Positions 61,062 to 64,000 of a stretch of DNA of 64,000 bases are shown here, piece by piece. The stretch covers positions 768,001 to 832,000 of the forward strand of contig JBMNHS010000001.1 in the NCBI GenBank assembly GCA_050950505.1, in the 5' to 3' direction. The position numbers and the translations under genes are program-made. A model generated the notes under the pieces. That model was not told the DNA's origin. It saw nothing but the letters and a program-made list of their open reading frames with translations, and did not search any database. The first letter of the stretch is position 1, and each line of letters opens with the position of its first letter. Source of the DNA: Candidatus Methanomethylophilaceae archaeon (GTDB lineage Archaea; Thermoplasmatota; Thermoplasmata; Methanomassiliicoccales; Methanomethylophilaceae).

Positions 61062-63998
61062 TCACTCGGCGGAGGATATCCCTATTACGATTTCCTCGCC
61101 GGTGACGTCCCAGGTCTTGACCTCATCCCCTCCGGGGCTGTCGGTGAACGTGAGAACGTTGGCTCTGACTTCTCCGGAGATGTATTCTTTCCAGGATTCC
61201 AGCAGATCCACCAAACGTCCTTCGGCTTTTACGTCACAGTTTATGAACTGTTCCACGTTGAGCTTCATGTCCTTTCTCATCTGTTGGATTCTGCGTATGA
61301 GTTCCCTGGCATAACCTTCGGATTCGATTTCGGGCGTCATCGAGAAGTCTATGAACAGTTCCCCGCCGTCGAATTCCGACGGCGTCACATCGCCTTCCGG
61401 CTCTTCATTCCCTTTGAGGTATGCTATGTTCTTCACGTTGGCCTGCTGTGCCAGAACTTCGTCGAATATTCTTACCGAACCGTTGACGTCCTCTTCGTTT
61501 CCGCGGACGGAGATACCGAGCAGCGGCCATCTGAGCTTGCTGTTCACCTTCGATCTTTCGGAAGCAATCACGTCAACGATGTTCCTGACCATGGACATGC
61601 TGCGTTCCAAATCCCTGTCGATGAGACTTTCATCGTATACCGGCCAATCCTCCATGTGCACCGACATCAAAGTGCCGCCCATGTGCTGATAGACCTCTTC
61701 TGAAATATGAGGCGCAACCGGAGCCAAAGCCAGTGCGGTTTTCATAACCGCGTAGTGCAGCGTGAAGTAGGAAGCGTTCTTGTCCTTGACGGACTCGTCG
61801 TCTTCCGTCCAGGTCCTGTCTCTGACGAGACGGACATACCATCTGGAAAGATCTTCCATGATGTAATCTTCCAAAGTCCTTGCCACTCTGTGCAGTTCTC
61901 TGGATTCCAGATATTCGGTGACTTCCTTGATCATGGTTTCCGTGCGGGAAATCATCCACAAATCTTCTTCCCTGAGACTGTCCTTTATGGTTTTCAATCC
62001 GTGTTCGTTGGGATCGTATCCGTCAAGACTCATGTAAGTGGAAGCGAAATTAATCACGTTCCAATAAGTGTTCAGGACCTTTCTCGCGTTCCGAGGTCCG
62101 TCATTCTGGAACGAAGTGTCTTCCCAGGGAGCGTTTGATTTTATCAGATACAGTCTGAGGGAATCGGCCCCTACCTGGTTTATTATCTCCAAAGGTTCCA
62201 CGACGTTTCCCTTGGATTTGGACATCTTCTGTCCTTTGGAGTCCAAGACCCAGCCGTGCATCATTACTTCCCGGTAAGGCGTCTCGTCAAAAGATATGAC
62301 TCCCGCCCCAAGTTGGGAATAGAACCATCCCCGGGTCTGATCGTGGGCCTCGACGATGAAATCGGCGGGCCACCATCTGTCGAACTCTCTGTTGCCCGAA
62401 GGATAACCCAGCTGAGCCCAGCTGGCCACACCCGAATCGAACCAAACGTCAAGAACGTCTTCCACGCGGTGCATGTCTTTGCCGCATTCGGGACATTCAA
62501 AAGTCACGCCGTCGATCCAGGGGCGGTGAGTGTCCATTCCTTCGACGTATCCCTTTCCTTCTTTCAGTTCTTTGTAGGTTCCTATCACTTTCTTTTCGCC
62601 GCAGGCACATTCCCAGACGGGAAGGGGTATTCCCCAATATCTCTGTCTGGATATGCACCATTGCCTGGCACCTTCAACCCAGTTTCTCTGTCTTGAGTTT
62701 CCGGCCCATTCGGGAATCCAGGTGGATTTGCCTATTTCATCGAGCATTTTGTCCTTCAGGGCGGGAACGTCGAGGAACCATTGCCTGGTGTCCCTGTATA
62801 TGATGGGGGATTTGCATCTCCAGCAGTGACCGTAGCGGTGCATCAGTCTGTCGAATTTGAACAGTCTGCCGTTCTGTTCCAGATGTTTGATCACATCGTC
62901 GTTCACGCCGCGGACCCTCCGTCCGGACATCATGGGGAAGTCTTCGGTAAAACGGCCGTCCTCCCCAACGGGACAGAAAGCCTTCATGCCGTATCTTTTG
63001 CCGGTTTCGTAGTCGTCCGGACCGAATCCGGGTGCGGTGTGAACAAGTCCGGTGTTGTCGGCTTCAACATAATCGGCGGTCACGACTTTGTATACCCAGT
63101 CGCTTTTTTCCATGCCGTCTCCGATTTCGAAAGGAGGTATGTACGCCAGTCCTTCGAGTTCGGTCCCTTTCATTCTGCCGAGAATTTTATGTTCGGTGTA
63201 TCCGCCCTGTTCTTTTATGTATTCAATCTGCGACTCGGCAATGATGACGGTTTCCCCGCTTTCACCGTTGCCGAGTTCGACTTTCACGTAATCGTAATTC
63301 GGGTGCACGGCGACAGCCATGTTGGAAGGCAAAGTCCAAGGGGTGGTGGTCCAAATCAAAAGGGAACAGTCCCGATCCGCAACCGGCATTCTGACGATTA
63401 TGGAAGGATCGTTCTCGTCCCAGTATTCTATTTCAGCTTCGGCAAGGGCGGTTTCGCATCTGGGACACCATGTGACCACACGGGCGGCGTCTATCAGCAA
63501 TCCTCTTTCCGCCGCCCGGGAAATGGTCCACCATGCGGCTTCTATGAAATTCGGATGCACGGTTTCGTAAGGGTTGTCCCAATCCATCCATACCCCGAGT
63601 TGTTTGAATTCTTCGGTCATGTCGACCCGAAGATCGGAAGCGAATTTCAGACAGGTTTCGACGAATTTGTCGATACCCACGTCCTCTTCGATTTGTTTTT
63701 TGGAGTGAACGCCGATTTTCTTTTCGACCTGGACTTCGATAGGAAGTCCGTGCATGTCGAAACCGGGCTGATCGCGGACGTTGAGTCCGTTCATTCTCCA
63801 GTATCTTATCATAATGTCCTTGACGGCCTTGTTCATGGCCGTACCCAGGTGAATTTTTCCGGTGGTGTAAGGCGGTCCGTCACAGAAGTAGAAGTCTTTT
63901 CCTTCGGCCCTCTGTTCTTTGGCCTTTACGTAAACATCGTTCTCTTTCCAGAATGTCCGGATTTCTTTTTCAATTTCTGGTGCGTTATAATCACTACG
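61062..63998 (-). CDS. ileS: Isoleucine--tRNA ligase, 5' partial
   Basis: Frame is open to the window edge. DGPPYTTG.IHLG, WTTTPWT, WCISRQRYWG, DQTRGWF, KMSKS. Confidence 0.96.
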   Translation of the reverse strand, partial: RSDYNAPEIEKEIRTFWKENDVYVKAKEQRAEGKDFYFCDGPPYTTGKIHLGTAMNKAVKDIMIRYWRMNGLNVRDQPGFDMHGLPIEVQVEKKIGVHSKKQIEEDVGIDKFVETCLKFASDLRVDMTEEFKQLGVWMDWDNPYETVHPNFIEAAWWTISRAAERGLLIDAARVVTWCPRCETALAEAEIEYWDENDPSIIVRMPVADRDCSLLIWTTTPWTLPSNMAVAVHPNYDYVKVELGNGESGETVIIAESQIEYIKEQGGYTEHKILGRMKGTELEGLAYIPPFEIGDGMEKSDWVYKVVTADYVEADNTGLVHTAPGFGPDDYETGKRYGMKAFCPVGEDGRFTEDFPMMSGRRVRGVNDDVIKHLEQNGRLFKFDRLMHRYGHCWRCKSPIIYRDTRQWFLDVPALKDKMLDEIGKSTWIPEWAGNSRQRNWVEGARQWCISRQRYWGIPLPVWECACGEKKVIGTYKELKEGKGYVEGMDTHRPWIDGVTFECPECGKDMHRVEDVLDVWFDSGVASWAQLGYPSGNREFDRWWPADFIVEAHDQTRGWFYSQLGAGVISFDETPYREVMMHGWVLDSKGQKMSKSKGNVVEPLEIINQVGADSLRLYLIKSNAPWEDTSFQNDGPRNARKVLNTYWNVINFASTYMSLDGYDPNEHGLKTIKDSLREEDLWMISRTETMIKEVTEYLESRELHRVARTLEDYIMEDLSRWYVRLVRDRTWTEDDESVKDKNASYFTLHYAVMKTALALAPVAPHISEEVYQHMGGTLMSVHMEDWPVYDESLIDRDLERSMSMVRNIVDVIASERSKVNSKLRWPLLGISVRGNEEDVNGSVRIFDEVLAQQANVKNIAYLKGNEEPEGDVTPSEFDGGELFIDFSMTPEIESEGYARELIRRIQQMRKDMKLNVEQFINCDVKAEGRLVDLLESWKEYISGEVRANVLTFTDSPGGDEVKTWDVTGEEIVIGISSAE

Positions 63999-64000
63999 GA

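Overview
Core chromosome of a methylotrophic methanogenic archaeon, most likely Methanomassiliicoccales. Support: mcrBDGA without mcrC, mcrC placed in a separate atwA-mcrC-mmp3/6/5/15/17/7 operon, two MtaA-type methyltransferases, and no intact gene ending in TAG. Other housekeeping content: rtcB, argF, a RecJ-like nuclease, a Znu-type ABC transporter, RNase P RNA, tRNA-His/Leu/Arg, hcp, deoxyhypusine synthase, a membrane pyrophosphatase, the rpoE'-spt4-rps24e-rps27ae cluster, ycaO, aconitase X subunits and ileS. Two accessory regions stand out. The first (~13.6-18.1 kb) directly follows the mcr operon. It holds two pseudogenes, an IS1634-like remnant and an intact AAA-DUF4143 gene bracketed by 29-bp palindromic direct repeats. 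The second (~50.1-57.7 kb) is a defence island beside a tRNA-Arg with a 2-nt insertion, carrying a 23-bp tandem repeat, a Type ISP restriction-modification enzyme and an HrgA-like nuclease. Best candidates for new biology: the repeat-flanked AAA-nuclease cassette, an HTH-DUF2111 sensor-regulator operon divergent from the MCR activation operon, and an aconitase X small subunit fused to a Nudix hydrolase. All family assignments come from motif recognition by eye, not database searches.
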